From: Octopus sinensis
Lineage: Eukaryota
Direction: 5' to 3'
Assembly (NCBI RefSeq): GCF_006345805.1
Contig: NC_043004.1
Span: 8,990,001-9,054,000, forward strand
Length of the DNA stretch: 64,000 bases
Below, piece by piece: positions 40,397 to 53,860 of the stretch (the stretch's first letter is position 1; the number at the start of each line of letters is the position of its first letter). Under the pieces are notes generated by a model that ran no database searches, had not been told where the DNA came from, and worked only from the letters and a program-made list of their open reading frames with translations. Both the position numbers and the translations under genes were made by a program.

Positions 40397-41484
40397 GTAA
40401 GGCATCATTCTAATCGTCCATACGTCCATTTCTTTCTCTTTTTGTCTTCATAAGATCATATAGAATTGGTGAAAGGGTTAGGGTCCTTTCGTGACCCCTT
40501 CGACTTATATGATTCTCAGACAGATTGATAGATAGAGAGATAGATAGAGAGAGAGAGAGAGAGGGAGAGAGAGGGAGAGTGAAAAGGACAAAAGAACGAT
40601 TTTAGTATAGGGTTGATACTTTATTTCATAAAATTTGTCATAAAGACAATACAAAGATTGTGTAGCTTTGCGGGCTGGACAAACACATAAATGAATGAAA
40701 ATGAAATAAAATGAATAAATCAGAGACGAAACCCAATACCCGCCGATTGGATTTTTCTCGAAAACATATTTTCTTTTTTTAAAAACTCAGTATGAGGTTT
40801 CAAACCTCTTACAAGAAGGAGACACAAAAACCTCTTACTTAGCATGTTTTTTATTTTAAACACAATTGAGGTTATAAACCACTACAAATAATACAATAAG
40901 ATGAGGTTTCAAACCCTCTAACGAGGCTTTTTTTACCTCCTACTCATCGATATATCCATCGATATATTCATCATTATTTTCAATGCCGCTTGAGTTCCGG
41001 TATCCCTCCATTTCCCATGCATCACTCATGTAGGACATGTAAGTTGATTTGTTGAAAGGCAAAGTTGAAGTTTGCGACTGAAGAGAACCGGAACAAATCC
41101 GGAGCCCTAAACGACATCAGTTCTCCACGCCATACTGTAGTCGTGTTGATATGTACCTCTGTTGGAAATCAATGAATTAGATGAACGAAGTAGTGGCGCC
41201 TTGGTCATCCAATATTCTACAAGAATGATGCGATTGATGGAGTTGGCATTAAGCTGGAAGTTCTGTCGTTTGACATTATGGAGAAAATGTATGCAAAAGG
41301 AAAATGTCAAAGGGTTTCCATTCTAGGAGAGAGGGGAATTTTTAGTGCGGGGTTTTAGAGAGAGGGGGGGAGAGATAGAGAGAGAAAGAGAGAGGAGGAG
41401 AAAGAGAGGGGAACACAGTGGGGAACATGATTACCATCACTATCCCTAAAGATGGTTAATCTTTACACTTTGCACCAAAATTGG

Positions 41485-41700
41485 TGTGCGAAGGGGTGCT
41501 GAAAAGTTCCTGGCCATAGGTGAAAGAGAATAGAGGAGGACCAGTTAATTATGATTTTATGCGACATATTCCCGTCTCAGACCCACACACTTAAAACAGC
41601 GGTCCTTCAGTTTTTTTTAAACTTGTAAAGGAACTCAGAAGTTTGGTCCCTAAACCAGGTCTTTCACGATACCCTTAAAGCCGGGAGCTTTCCCCCTCAT
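41485..41700. mobile_element. mariner-type MITE remnant
   Basis: Left end CGAAGGGGTGCTGAAAAGTTCCTGGC; right end GCCGGGAGCTTTCCCCCTC is a degenerate inverted copy. Confidence 0.55.
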
Positions 41701-43727
41701 ATAATCAAGTTCATTTCGCAATCATGTGTTCCCACCTCGATCTCACACCACAGCACCGCCAGCAGCAATGTCTTTTACTGAGCTTCAGATCTACCTAAGC
41801 CTTTTAGATAATATTGGACCTCGAAGAAACTGCACAGACGCCCTCTAGTGAACAACATATGTTCTTTGTTAGCTTGATAACATCACTTGAGCGCTACGTG
41901 CCTTTAATGGAATGTATACTGCTGCAATCACTCAGACAAGGTTTCAAGTCAGACTACAAAATCTTTCTCCATTTTTTCCTCACCACTTTGGGATGTCACG
42001 AGAAAGGCCTTCAGTTAGACGTGTATGAGACATTTTGGGACAATTGTTTTGGCAGAGGCGGTTTGGCGCCGCTTATTTGATGTCACTGGTTCGGCGCTGA
42101 CTTATTTGATATTAGATGTTTTAATATTTCTCTCTCTCCCTCCCTTTCTCCCTCTTTCTGGCCATGTGTGTGAGCATATTCCTCGTTATGCCTATGAGGA
42201 AAAAGAATCATGGTCAGTCAATGGTCATTTAACAAATTGTAGTGTTTCTTTCTCACCATCTGTATATTTATATTTCTGCGCGTGAATTTACACGCATTTG
42301 TGTTAGCCTTCAGTGTCAAAACGTGCCCTCGCTATAGCAGGTTGAATGCCCAGTCGTGCCAAATCATTTGTGTCCAAGCAGCTGCGCCCAGTCGACTTAA
42401 TTCGGCGCTACACATCGGAACCATTCCAACTTTCGCCATTTCATGCATTCTTCAAACAAAATGTACTTTTTGCTAGATACTCCAAACCGTTTCTGGTTTT
42501 AAGAAACTAGGGAATGATTTCAGGCTAATTTGGCAATATTTCTAGCATGTAGAGAGTAATAAACAATACTCGAAGCCTGAGCCGATACTAAGCCTCTTCT
42601 GCTGTTTTTCTACGATCTGGTTTGTTTGTATTTCTAAGGAATGTTCTCGTTGATAATAGTTTCAGAACGTGAACTGCAAATGCCATGCATCGTAGAATGT
42701 TGTCTTCTTTTAACAGAAAAGCTCCGACAATTTTCACTTGTTCGAATCAGGTCCCTCAATCTGCAAATCGTGTTTATGAAATAAAGTTGATGAAAAAGAA
42801 CAAGATTGAGAAAAACTATTAGAAAAGTAAGGCGCTATCATTTGCACGACATGCTACACCACACATGCACACACACACACGCGCGCGAGCACACACGCAC
42901 AAATACACTCACACACAAACACACAGAGAAAACATAACTCAAAGAAAAATCTACTGATCTCTTGGAAAAGGTAGCCAAATTTGCCTCAAACTCTATCGTA
43001 CTGTCGTAAAACGAGGGCAGATTGGATAGTCTAGAATGGAATGCTGTTATACTTGACAAAATGCTTTTGTTGGTTAAGGCTGGTCTAGTGTTGATGATAG
43101 ATGTGTGCTCAATCAAGAGTAACCTCGGGGTTAAAAATAAAAAATAAAACAATAACACCAGGACAACAGCAACAACAAGAACAATTACAACTACAACTGC
43201 AACAGTGACGCAGAATTCAACCATATTTTTTTAAAGCTAAATTTTCAAAGAATCTCCTCGGCAACAACATTGTCAACAGAGGTTTGAGTGTAGTGTCCGG
43301 TTTTCTTAAGATCGAGAAGTCCTTGATGTGCCCACTTTTACAAGGTGGACATAGCACATCCGTACAACAGCTATTTCCCTCCCTATTCCCTTACAGTTAT
43401 AGTTCAGCGGCACATTGAGAGTTCCTCCTCATAAAAAGAAAGGAAATACTTCAAAGTTAGTCTGCACATTGTTGAATTTCGGATCTTTGTCTTCTTTCTA
43501 TTGTTGTTCCCGTTATTCTTCTTCATTTTCCTCTCTACGCTTCTACCTCCTTTTCCTCCTCTTTTCTTTTTCTTCCAAGAAAACTCATCTGATGTACTGT
43601 CAGTTGTTGTTGTTGTTGTTGTTGTTAGTAAAGTTATTTTTACCACCATCCATCAATTTTCCTCCATTCCAGCTAGAGGCTATCTTATAGAAAACTCACT
43701 TCCGGTAAATCATCCGTTTCCGGTTAC

Positions 43728-43797
43728 CTTATTAGTATCAATGCGCTAGTTATTTCCTGTGTAATAAGCCCAATGCCTATTACAGTTGTGAAACCAG
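43728..43797 (-). CDS. Candidate 70-nt exon, xGFTTVIGIGLITQEITSALILIx (hydrophobic)
   Basis: Acceptor atatactttcag|, donor AAG|gtaacc; one open frame. No homologue recognised. Confidence 0.2.
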
Positions 43798-44034
43798 CTG
43801 AAAGTATATTCTTTATTGATGTCACGAAACAAAGAAAGAAACAACAAACGAAGAGAAGGCTCCGATCCTCACAACCCCGTCCTCAACCCACAAAAAAAAA
43901 CAAAGAAATATTCAAGTGGAATGTATATATTACTGTGTTTAGGTCTACTTTACTGCATAAACAGATGGTTAGATAAACAGAGGCGAAGCAAAACAGAATT
44001 AATCATTGCACACTACGTATGTATGTGTGTGTGC

Positions 44035-44074
<40 letters not shown>

Positions 44075-44347
44075 TACATTCATAATATATATATATATAT
44101 ATATACATATATATTATATATATATATATATATATAGATATATAGATATTATTAAATATAATTTACACACATGTATATATAATATATATGTATTATAAAT
44201 AAATAAATATATATATATATATATGTGTATATATATATATATATATTATATATATACATCTTTACATATGTGTATACACACACATAGATGCACTATAAGC
44301 AGCATCCGCCAAATCACCACCACTACCACACCACCACCACCACCACC

Positions 44348-44378
<31 letters not shown>

Positions 44379-44379
44379 A

Positions 44380-44410
<31 letters not shown>

Positions 44411-44451
44411 CCGAAGATTCGTTGTTGACCATTGTCATAATGATGATGATG

Positions 44452-44483
<32 letters not shown>

Positions 44484-45361
44484 AATATATAAAGCAACAA
44501 TGACAATAAAAGCAATAAATACATAAATAGAGGAAAAAACCCAGCCATTGTTGTTAAAGTTGAGAGGCTTCAGTTTATTTGTTGTGTTAAAATAGGAAAG
44601 AAAGGAAAGAAGGAAAGAAATAAAGAAGATAAAGAAACAACGAGTGTGCGTGAGAGAGAGAGAGAGATGGAGGAACAGAGAGAGGGAGGGAAAGAGAGAG
44701 AGAGATTGAGATTATAGAAGCAATGATAATAGAAGGAATGCTACACAACATCCACTGGAGCTGTGTATTGCCGAATTTCACTACTACTGCTACTGCCACC
44801 CACCCCCCAAAAAAACCACCACCACCATCATCATCTTCGCCGTCGTCGTCGTCTTCCTCCTCTTCGGCAACGAGATGCTGCTGTAAACATGATGACCATT
44901 GACACAGCAAAATACATTGATGGCTGAAGAAATATTGTTGCGGTCCTAACATTTTCCTCGCCATATTCGACAGTCACACCATAGAAAGCTGAATCCCTCT
45001 TTACCCTACGATAAGATTGAGAAGACCCTATTTGAAATGGAGGCAGCCTCATGACACACATAAAACCACTGTTGGGACACTCACATACAGGCACGGACGC
45101 ACAAACACGCTCTCTCTCTGACACACACACATGCGCAGCATGCTCGCATAAAGGTGTATGCTATGTAGAATAATTCATTATGTAACTGTCTTTATTTAGG
45201 GACGTCGGGCCAAAACTTTTGCGCAACTTTACGGTCAAAGTGGACACAAATCAGTCTTTTGTTCCACTTTTATTCAGCTTTCCGCTTTTGGCATCTACCT
45301 CGCTTTTCCTTGTAATTTCTATCTCTTGTGTGAGTGTGTGGATGTGTGTGTATGCTTGCTT

Positions 45362-45543
45362 GTTTAAAATGGGTCCTTCCAAATATAGAGTTTCTAAGCA
45401 ATATAAGATTCCCTTAAGAGTGAGATCCAGCAGTTTTTAAACTTGGTCATTCCAAGTTTAAAGTTTAAAATCTGCTGGATCTCAGTCATAAGGGAATCTT
45501 ACATTGCGTATAAACTCTATATTTGGAAGAACCCATTTTAAAC
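45362..45543. mobile_element. 182-bp fold-back MITE with ~85-bp arms and a 5-nt loop
   Basis: GTTTAAAATGGGTCCTTCCAAATATAGAG...AAACTTGG-tcatt-CCAAGTTT...CTCTATATTTGGAAGAACCCATTTTAAAC; TTAA at both ends. Confidence 0.88.
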
Positions 45544-45726
45544 TCTGATGGAGTTTTGGACTTTACTCATAGGGTATTGGAATCCTACATATATACCGTT
45601 CTACCTAAAAAATGGATTTACAACTTCAATATCCATACATATCTTGCATCTATTCTTTTTCCTCTACCTTACTCTCTATTTTGTATCACATCTAAACTAA
45701 CTATTACTTAACCATCCTCTCAAACC

Positions 45727-45778
45727 GTCTCCGATGAAGGGATATAATTAATATATATCCTGGAAACTGCTGTAAGAC
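45727..45778 (+). ncRNA. Minimal type I hammerhead ribozyme fold (CCGAUGA core variant) in a Penelope-like 3' end
   Basis: gtct-CCGATGA-a gggatata attaata tatatcct g-GAA-AC tgct GT-A-agac. Confidence 0.62.
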
Positions 45779-45843
45779 CTATCTATAAATGTTCTAATAT
45801 CTACATAGCCTTAGTTTTTTATCTCACTACGCAAAATTGTTCT

Positions 45844-45924
<81 letters not shown>

Positions 45925-46506
45925 TTGTCAGTGAACAGGTCACGGTCTCAAAGCGACGAAAATACTTTGGCAAATTAAATTTAAATGTTGAAGTGAATCT
46001 AACGGTATTTGTGTGTTTCTTAAATGGCTTCCACTCTGCAATTGTTTATATATATATATTTTTTCCTATAAAATACACAGCTTTATTTTGAATTTGCTAG
46101 TGTTAACAATACTCGCAAGTAAAATACAGACTGGAGATGTAGTGCTCCAAGTGAGCCGGCACGTCTCGGAAACGGTCCGCATATGGAACTTTTAAATTTT
46201 CTAATTTTTGTATTACTTTCGTGGTATTTTAGTACGTCCATTTAATACTTTATCATCTCATATTTTTATTACACCAATATATTACAACTTTTAAATGTAA
46301 ATTCACTGTGCTTTATGTATCACATCGATATCTGTATATTTTATGTGTATCTTTATATTTATATATTTGGATTTTTTATTTCCGTTTTATAAATGTAGAA
46401 GAATATATGTATGCATTTGATTTTCGAGTGTGGTTATTAATTATGTTCCTCTGGTTTCCGCTTGTATTGCCTCCATAGAAATTATTAAGTGTATTTTTTC
46501 CTACCA

Positions 46507-46573
<67 letters not shown>

Positions 46574-46616
46574 TATATATATATGTATGTATGTATGTAT
46601 ACACACATGGATATAA

Positions 46617-46657
<41 letters not shown>

Positions 46658-46739
46658 CATACATACATACTTGCATGTTGTAGTTTAGTGCGGGTGGCCT
46701 TCCACGTCTTTTTAATAGCGTACCGACTCTTGGAGAGAA

Positions 46740-46790
<51 letters not shown>

Positions 46791-48226
46791 GAATTAACGA
46801 TAGAGAACGAGAGAGACAAAGAAAGAGAGAAAAGAGAAAAGAGAGAAATTAAGGGAGAGAGAGAGAGGGGGGAAAGTGTGTGTGAGAGAGAGAGAGAGTG
46901 AGAAAATGAGAGAGAGAAATCGATTCCAGTATTTCATTGATTGACTGGTGCTTTCTTTTATCAATATCAGAAAGATGAATGTTAAAGCCGGTCTCGACTA
47001 GATTTGAACCTATCCTTTCACTTTGCCAGCGTCTGGTGAGGTCGACAACCGGATGTTACTTCCATATCTGGGACCGAGGCATTCGACGAGTGGCCACTTC
47101 ACTGATTAAAAATCCTCAACCAACAGAGCCACTGTTTCTTCTCTTTATGTCTTTTCTCTCGCTATAACAATTTGTCTTTGCTCTTCACAGGCTGCTCGTC
47201 TTGTAAAACCTCTCCTCAGCTACTTAATCCTCTTTCCATCGGTTTTTAAATATTGTGTACACGCTCCCAGAACTTGCATACTAACCATTTTACATACAGT
47301 TCTTCGTCCAAAACAACCTTGCCCCCGAGAAACCTCTCGTTTCCTCTTTCATTTGTTTATTCTTTTCTTGTAGCCATCGACTTGTAATTGTCCAGGACGA
47401 GCATTCATCCCTTCAGCCACTCCGATGTAGGACGATTTGTGAAACATAAGGGCAGCAATGGCTAAGAAATCTATGACGTCGTCGTCGTCGTCATCACGGT
47501 TAACCACCATTATGAACGCCATCACCCCTTCCACCACCACCACCACCTTACCATCATCATCGTCGTCGTCACCTTCGTCAACTCAATTATTGAAAAGATT
47601 ACAAATTACAAATTACACACATCGCCTCCCCTCCCTCAGCCCCCTCTCTCTCTTTCTCTCGAACACACACATACTCCCACCCCTCCCACAAATACTAAGA
47701 TGATTAATTTAGCATTTTTTAATGTTTAGAAACATTTTTATGCAATTCTTCATGATATTCTGTAGTTCTAATTTTCTTCCGATTTTATTTCATTCTTCAG
47801 AAAACTTTCCCAGTTCTTTTACCAATGTTTGTTTCCTGATTTGTATTTGCTTTATTTTTCTGGTGTTTTTTTTGTGTTTTTTTCTTGTTGTGTTTTTGCG
47901 GTGTTGTTGTGGTGTGTGTGTTTTATTTATTTCTCTAACTTTTCAAACTGATTTAATTTAAGGCGGAATAAATTGGATGAACACGAGGATTTACAGATTC
48001 ATGCGCGCACCTACAATCACACACATTCATGCACAGTCACACACATGCACACAGACTCATTGTCCTCGCATGCGCCACACACACATACACACACACACAC
48101 ACATATGTATATATATATTTGAGTGTATAAATGTGGGAGTCTATGTGAACATGAATATATATATATATATATATGGACGCATATATTTCGATATATCTAT
48201 CTCTCTATATATATATAAATGCGTGC

Positions 48227-48259
<33 letters not shown>

Positions 48260-48740
48260 ACAAGTTCCCACACATATATATATATATAAGTGTTGTGTGT
48301 ATATATAACATACCCTCTTCGTAAAAAGTATTATTTCACATTCTCTTTTTACAAAATTCTTATGATGCAAACAGCATACAATTGTCGCTGATATGAATAA
48401 AGTTTCTGAAATGGATAAAGAAAGTCGAAGGAATGCTTTGCTCCAATGGTAGAGCGTCTGTCATATTTACGAGAGATGTGGATTTGACACCTACGGGCAA
48501 CAATCGACTTTTTCTTTATTTTACTTAAGATGATTTTCAACCTAATACCTACTCGCTATTATTTATACTATTATATGCTTCGAGATCCACTGTTCCAGAA
48601 AAGAATCATTATATGTGTATACATATATGTGTATGTATATAGACAGATGGTGGATCTCCGTTGTTCAACGATGGCGATTTTGTTGTGTAAACATTTGAAT
48701 TAACGTGTAAGTGGTGTTAAACATTTCACAGACACGTATA

Positions 48741-48975
48741 CCTATTTCTTTACTACCCACAAGGGGCTAAACACAGAGAGGACAAACAAGGACATACAAA
48801 CGGATTAAGTCGATTACATCGACCCCAGTGCGTAACTGGTACTTATTTAATCGACCCCGATAGGATGAAAGGTAAAGTCGACCTCGGCGAAATTTGAACT
48901 CAGAACGTAACGGCAGACGAAATACGGCTACGCATTTCGCCCGGTGTGCTAACGTTTCTGCCAGCTCGCCGCCTT
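48741..48975 (-). mobile_element. Full-length young SINE of the 10548 family with a 19-bp TSD
   Basis: CATTTCACAGACACGTATA at 48722-48740 and 48976-48994; minus-strand head GGCGAGCTGGCAGAAACGTTAGC and GAGTTCAAATTTCGCCGAGGTCGAC. Confidence 0.93.
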
Positions 48976-50553
48976 CATTTCACAGACACGTATAACATTA
49001 ACATATTTCTTAAGTAGGTTCGCAACTACAACCAGCTCGATGGGCTTCTTTACAGTTTCCGTTTGCTCAATTAACTCGAAAGATATGTGGTCGATCCAAT
49101 TTTATAGATCTTAACCTCGATGGCACGCATCGTGATTGAACCGGGATCCTGGTATCTATACCCAGTAGTGTATGTATGTATGTATGTATGTATGTATGTA
49201 TGTATGTATGTATGTGTGTGTGTGTGTGTATGTGCACCTCTTTCCTTGTGTATAAGCACACACAGGCACATAGGTATATATATTAGATGTACGGTTGCAT
49301 ATATTTAAAAATATATTTAAAAACTGATGGCAATAAACAACTTAACAATAGCAACAAGAACGAGAGCTACCTTCACAACAACAGCAGCAACAACAACATA
49401 AATCATCCTCCGCTCACCACCACCAAAGCCACCACCACCACCACCACTACCACCACTACTACCACCACCACTACCACCACCACTACCACCGCAACCACAA
49501 CTAATACCCACCCCACCACCAACGCCACCATACCACCCCAACCACTACCACCACTACTACCATCGCAACTACCACCAACGCAACCACCACCAACACCACC
49601 ACCACACACCACCACTACCACCGCACCACCACCACCACCACCACTACCACCACTACCACCACCACTACCACCGCAACCACCACCACCACTACCACCACCA
49701 CTACCACTACCACTACCACCGCAACCACCACCACACCACACCACCACCACCACCACCATTACCCACCATCATCAGCTCTACCACCGCAACCAAATTTCAC
49801 AATGCTAACAGCAACAACTACAACCAACCACATTCACGGCAACCATCATCTCTCTCCCTCCACACCAACAACTCGCCGTCACTAACTTCCCCAAGAACCA
49901 CAATAACAAACTCCAACAACACCGTCATCACCACCACCACAACCACCACTACCACCACCACCACCACCGTCGTCGTTGTCATCATCATCATCATCATCAT
50001 CAACAACAACAACAACAAGAACATGAATAGCAACTAAGTTGTCAATCAATACTTCATAAAATAAAAGGGCAAAAAAAAAAAAGATACGACAGAGAAGCCG
50101 CTTTCTCCGTCTCCTGTTTATTGCATATTTTATTTTGTATGTCTTTATATGACTTTTATATTACTTTATATTATATATTGGTGCTGGTTTTTTTAATATT
50201 TTATATTGTTTCATATTTTTATTTTTTATTAAAAAGCCATTTTTCAATTTAGATCACTTTTGAATGATAAAGTATGTAAAAATAGTTTTTCAATTTTCAA
50301 AGATATAAGTGAAAATTGCTAATATGTTTTTATAAGCACAACTACATACAAACAAATATATATATAAATGCATATATGCATATATGTGTGTATGTGTATA
50401 TGTATATGCATGTCTATATATTTATATATGTATATATGTGTGCATGAGCACGCGCGTGTGTGTGTATACATGAAGTGATTTCTGTATTAGATGTTCAAAT
50501 ATTTGCAATATGGAGCTAATATATTCATATATTATGTGCATGTATATATATAT

Positions 50554-50586
<33 letters not shown>

Positions 50587-51102
50587 GTTATATGTATATA
50601 TATATATATTATATATATATAAATATAAGTATGTATGGCTATATATGAGTATGCATATGCATGTTTTTGTATGTATATGCGCATGTATACGTATGCATGT
50701 GCGTATTTTGTGTTTTGGGATAGATGCTAATATCTAATGTGTATAAATTATGAAGCATATATTTGCATATACTCACACGAACACACACACACACACACAC
50801 GCAGCATTATGCCCGACTTCGCGTTTTGAGTTCAAATTCTCAGCAGGAATTCAATAATATAGGTGTCTACACACCATTTGTCAACAAACGGGATATACTT
50901 TCCGAGTCAAAAAGCTGGTCCACCGGTTCGAACTTGCCTTATGTTTATCAGGACTGATAATAACATTACGATAATCTACATGTAATATGAGTTCGAGTCC
51001 CGCGTGCAATATTTGACTCTTCCTATCCAAAAGGGACTCTAAAGCATTTGTATGCATCGTCATCTAATTGCATATATATAATATATATATATATATAGGT
51101 GG

Positions 51103-51136
<34 letters not shown>

Positions 51137-51175
51137 ATATAGATATACATATGTTATGTATATATGTATATATAC

Positions 51176-51229
<54 letters not shown>

Positions 51230-51486
51230 ATATATATATATATATATATATTTTATATATGCAAAAATTCTATAATTACATGCATAATTATAATCATAAT
51301 TATAGAATCTTTGTATTAGGTTAGCGATAATGGTTCTTTTAACATGCCGAACTACTTGGTAAAATGATTAATTATTAATTGATTAATTAATTTTACCCCT
51401 TAGTATTATATATATATGTATATGTATATACATATGTATCTATATATATATACATATATATGTATGTATGTATATATACCTATCTG

Positions 51487-51520
<34 letters not shown>

Positions 51521-51537
51521 ATCTATCTATCTATCTA

Positions 51538-51604
<67 letters not shown>

Positions 51605-51624
51605 TACGTATATGTATACATATA

Positions 51625-52270
51625 TCTTTTCTTGCTCTTGACTTGGCTTCGCGAACGAAGATTAAGGAAAATCTGGTCCACGGTGCCTGTAAGCACGCTA
51701 TTGGCTGACAAGGCCAATGTGGGACCAGCATACACGGCTGCAGTTGAAGGTATGGTCAAGATTTGATGATGTTGTGTTGCAGTTCTTCCTCCTGCGCTTT
51801 TTTGTCCTTGAGAATGGCTCTGTGGGCGTTTTCAAAGGTGGAGGCAACATGGTTGATGGTGAAATGCTAGATGTCACTGTCCTTGGCCAGCGTTGACCAC
51901 TGGTGATGCTCGATATGACAGGCATCAAAGTATTTTCTTAGAACGACCCTTGTATCACTTCTCTGTTGCCCCTCTGTCGCAATGGCTGTTGAAGAGTTCC
52001 CCGTACAGCGTGATATTGTGCAAGCGATGATCCTTCATTCTCCGGGCGTGGTCTGCTCAGTGTAGGTAGGACTACAGCAGCATTACCTCGATGCTGGTGA
52101 CCTCAACATTGGTGATGAAGTGACTCCAGTGGATGTTGAGGATGATGCGGAGGTGGCGCTTGTGTCAGCATTCAAGGAGTCGTAAACAGGAGGATAGTAA
52201 GGGCTATGGCTCTGTATACGCTGATTTTGATGGCCTTTATCAAGTGTTTGTTGTTCCATACGCGTTTGTA
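51625..52270 (-). mobile_element. RTE-clade LINE 3' end, pseudogenised
   Basis: Minus strand: KHLIKAIKISVYRAI, RMKDHRLHNITLYGEL...RGA, HQWSTLAKD, STFENAHRA, HTFNCSR..CWSHIGLVSQ, followed by the short tail [11 protein letters not shown]. Confidence 0.88.
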
Positions 52271-53039
52271 CCGCCTGTCAAATGCACTGTTCGCTTTGAT
52301 GGTGTGTGTGTGTGTGTATACACTCACATGATATTAGGGAAACATCGTGATCATATCTATTTTCAACCATTCTAATCATTCTGTGTGTGTGGAAATACAA
52401 GTGGGAGAAATCCCATGGTCCCATCATTTGCCTGTGATTTGAACGCGTCACGACTAACATCATGCATATACACGTAGCGTACGGTCATTGGCTGTTTATC
52501 TGAATTTCTTTCGTTTTCAACATGTGCCCCGTTCATTTATCATATGGAATAAATTTAATTAGCCATGTCTGTGGACACTGTATCGTTCTTTCAAGATTCA
52601 ATATTTCCAGCAAAGATAAGAGAATTATAAATGTCGAGCCACTTTCAAATCTTAACTCAGCTCATGTTTCTTGAAACTGTAAGATGTCGGCGGCCTGTTT
52701 ATTCTAACATAACGCCAATTGGAATTTGTCAAAGAGAATTTTACAAGGCAGCAAAGAATTTTCAACGTAATTGCTTAATCAGCGAGAAATATCAGGTAAA
52801 TTCCTCTCAATTCTAGTTGTGACATCCAGAAAAAAAAAGACAAGTAACATGCGACTACTTAGTCCTTGATACACTACGTCTGAAAAAAGATTGGTCAGAA
52901 CATTCATTTCTATGATCTTAGAGCTAAAAAGTGACACACACACACACGAACACATACATACACACAACCGTTTATGAAATCTAAAACAATTCGAACATTC
53001 AGATAAGATAAAGACAGTATTTTATCTGAAATAAAATAT

Positions 53040-53860
53040 TCAGGGATAATCTGGGTTATATCTGAGTCAGTTATTAAATATATATCAAAGTAAGACGCGT
53101 TAAAGTCAAGGCAAAAACAACAATGAATATCAAAGATAGTTTCCTGACGTTTCGGACAGTGGTCTCTCGTCAAGATAGAAGAGTAAGAAAAATGGAAGAA
53201 TATTTGAATGGTAGAAAGGAACCAACGAAGGAGGCTGCATTTTTAATGCAGAAAGTAAACATTAGTAACAAAGATAAGCGTGAGAAAAAAACAAATGTTT
53301 GTGTGTGTGTGTGTGTATGTGTTTATATGTGTTTAAGTGAAGTGGGTTTATGCGTGTTTGATGAAGTATCTGTAAGATAGGTTTAAGTAGGTTCGCACGC
53401 GCATGCGTGTGTGTCAGTGTGTATGGATGCATGATCAGTTAGCTAAAATGTTTATTGACGGTGTATGTGCTTTGGGTAAAGGGTAAGGATGAAGTATATG
53501 CAAAGTGTGCATATGTGTGAATGTATAAATATGAGCGTTTATGTATCAGCGAGAATGGTGTTGGGTGTTAAGCAACAGAATTTACATTTAAGGTAGGAGA
53601 TGGCATTTCTGGAGGTGCAGCATGGAAATCCATGAGCAGACTTAGGATCTAGACTAGGTGAGGGACGAAGGAAGTGAGAAATAAAAGAGCGCCTAGGTTG
53701 CACAAAGTATGTTAAAGGGTAGCAAAAGTCGTATTGGAGGAGCCGGAGATGTCAACGTAGGATGTTGGTCTGAAAAGATCGGGTGGCTGGAAGGAAGGTG
53801 GTTGGTGTTGGATTGAGCAGGTGGGGGAGGGATAAATGTGGTGCAAATGTGTTATGATAG
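53040..53860 (-). mobile_element. Degraded Penelope-like remnant with a hammerhead-like terminal motif
   Basis: Minus strand CTTGACGAGAGACCACTGTCCGAAACGTC at ~53145-53175; upstream Pro/Cys-rich relic (HGFPCCTSRNAISYLKCK). Confidence 0.45.

Noticed and set aside
40790-40940. CRISPR-like repeat-spacer pattern
   Set aside because: Eukaryotic context, repeats only ~15 bp and degenerate, irregular spacers, no cas genes; kept only as a motif cluster.
41078-41125. CTGAAGA..ccgga/tccgg..TAAAC hammerhead-like motif; similar partial motifs at 34400-34435, 46115-46175 and 35748
   Set aside because: Missing GAAA, stem I or a valid cleavage triplet.
49287-49808. 173-aa Thr/Pro-rich mucin- or extensin-like ORF
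   Set aside because: Degenerate (CCA/ACC)n array open in several frames on both strands; no signal peptide or unique domain.
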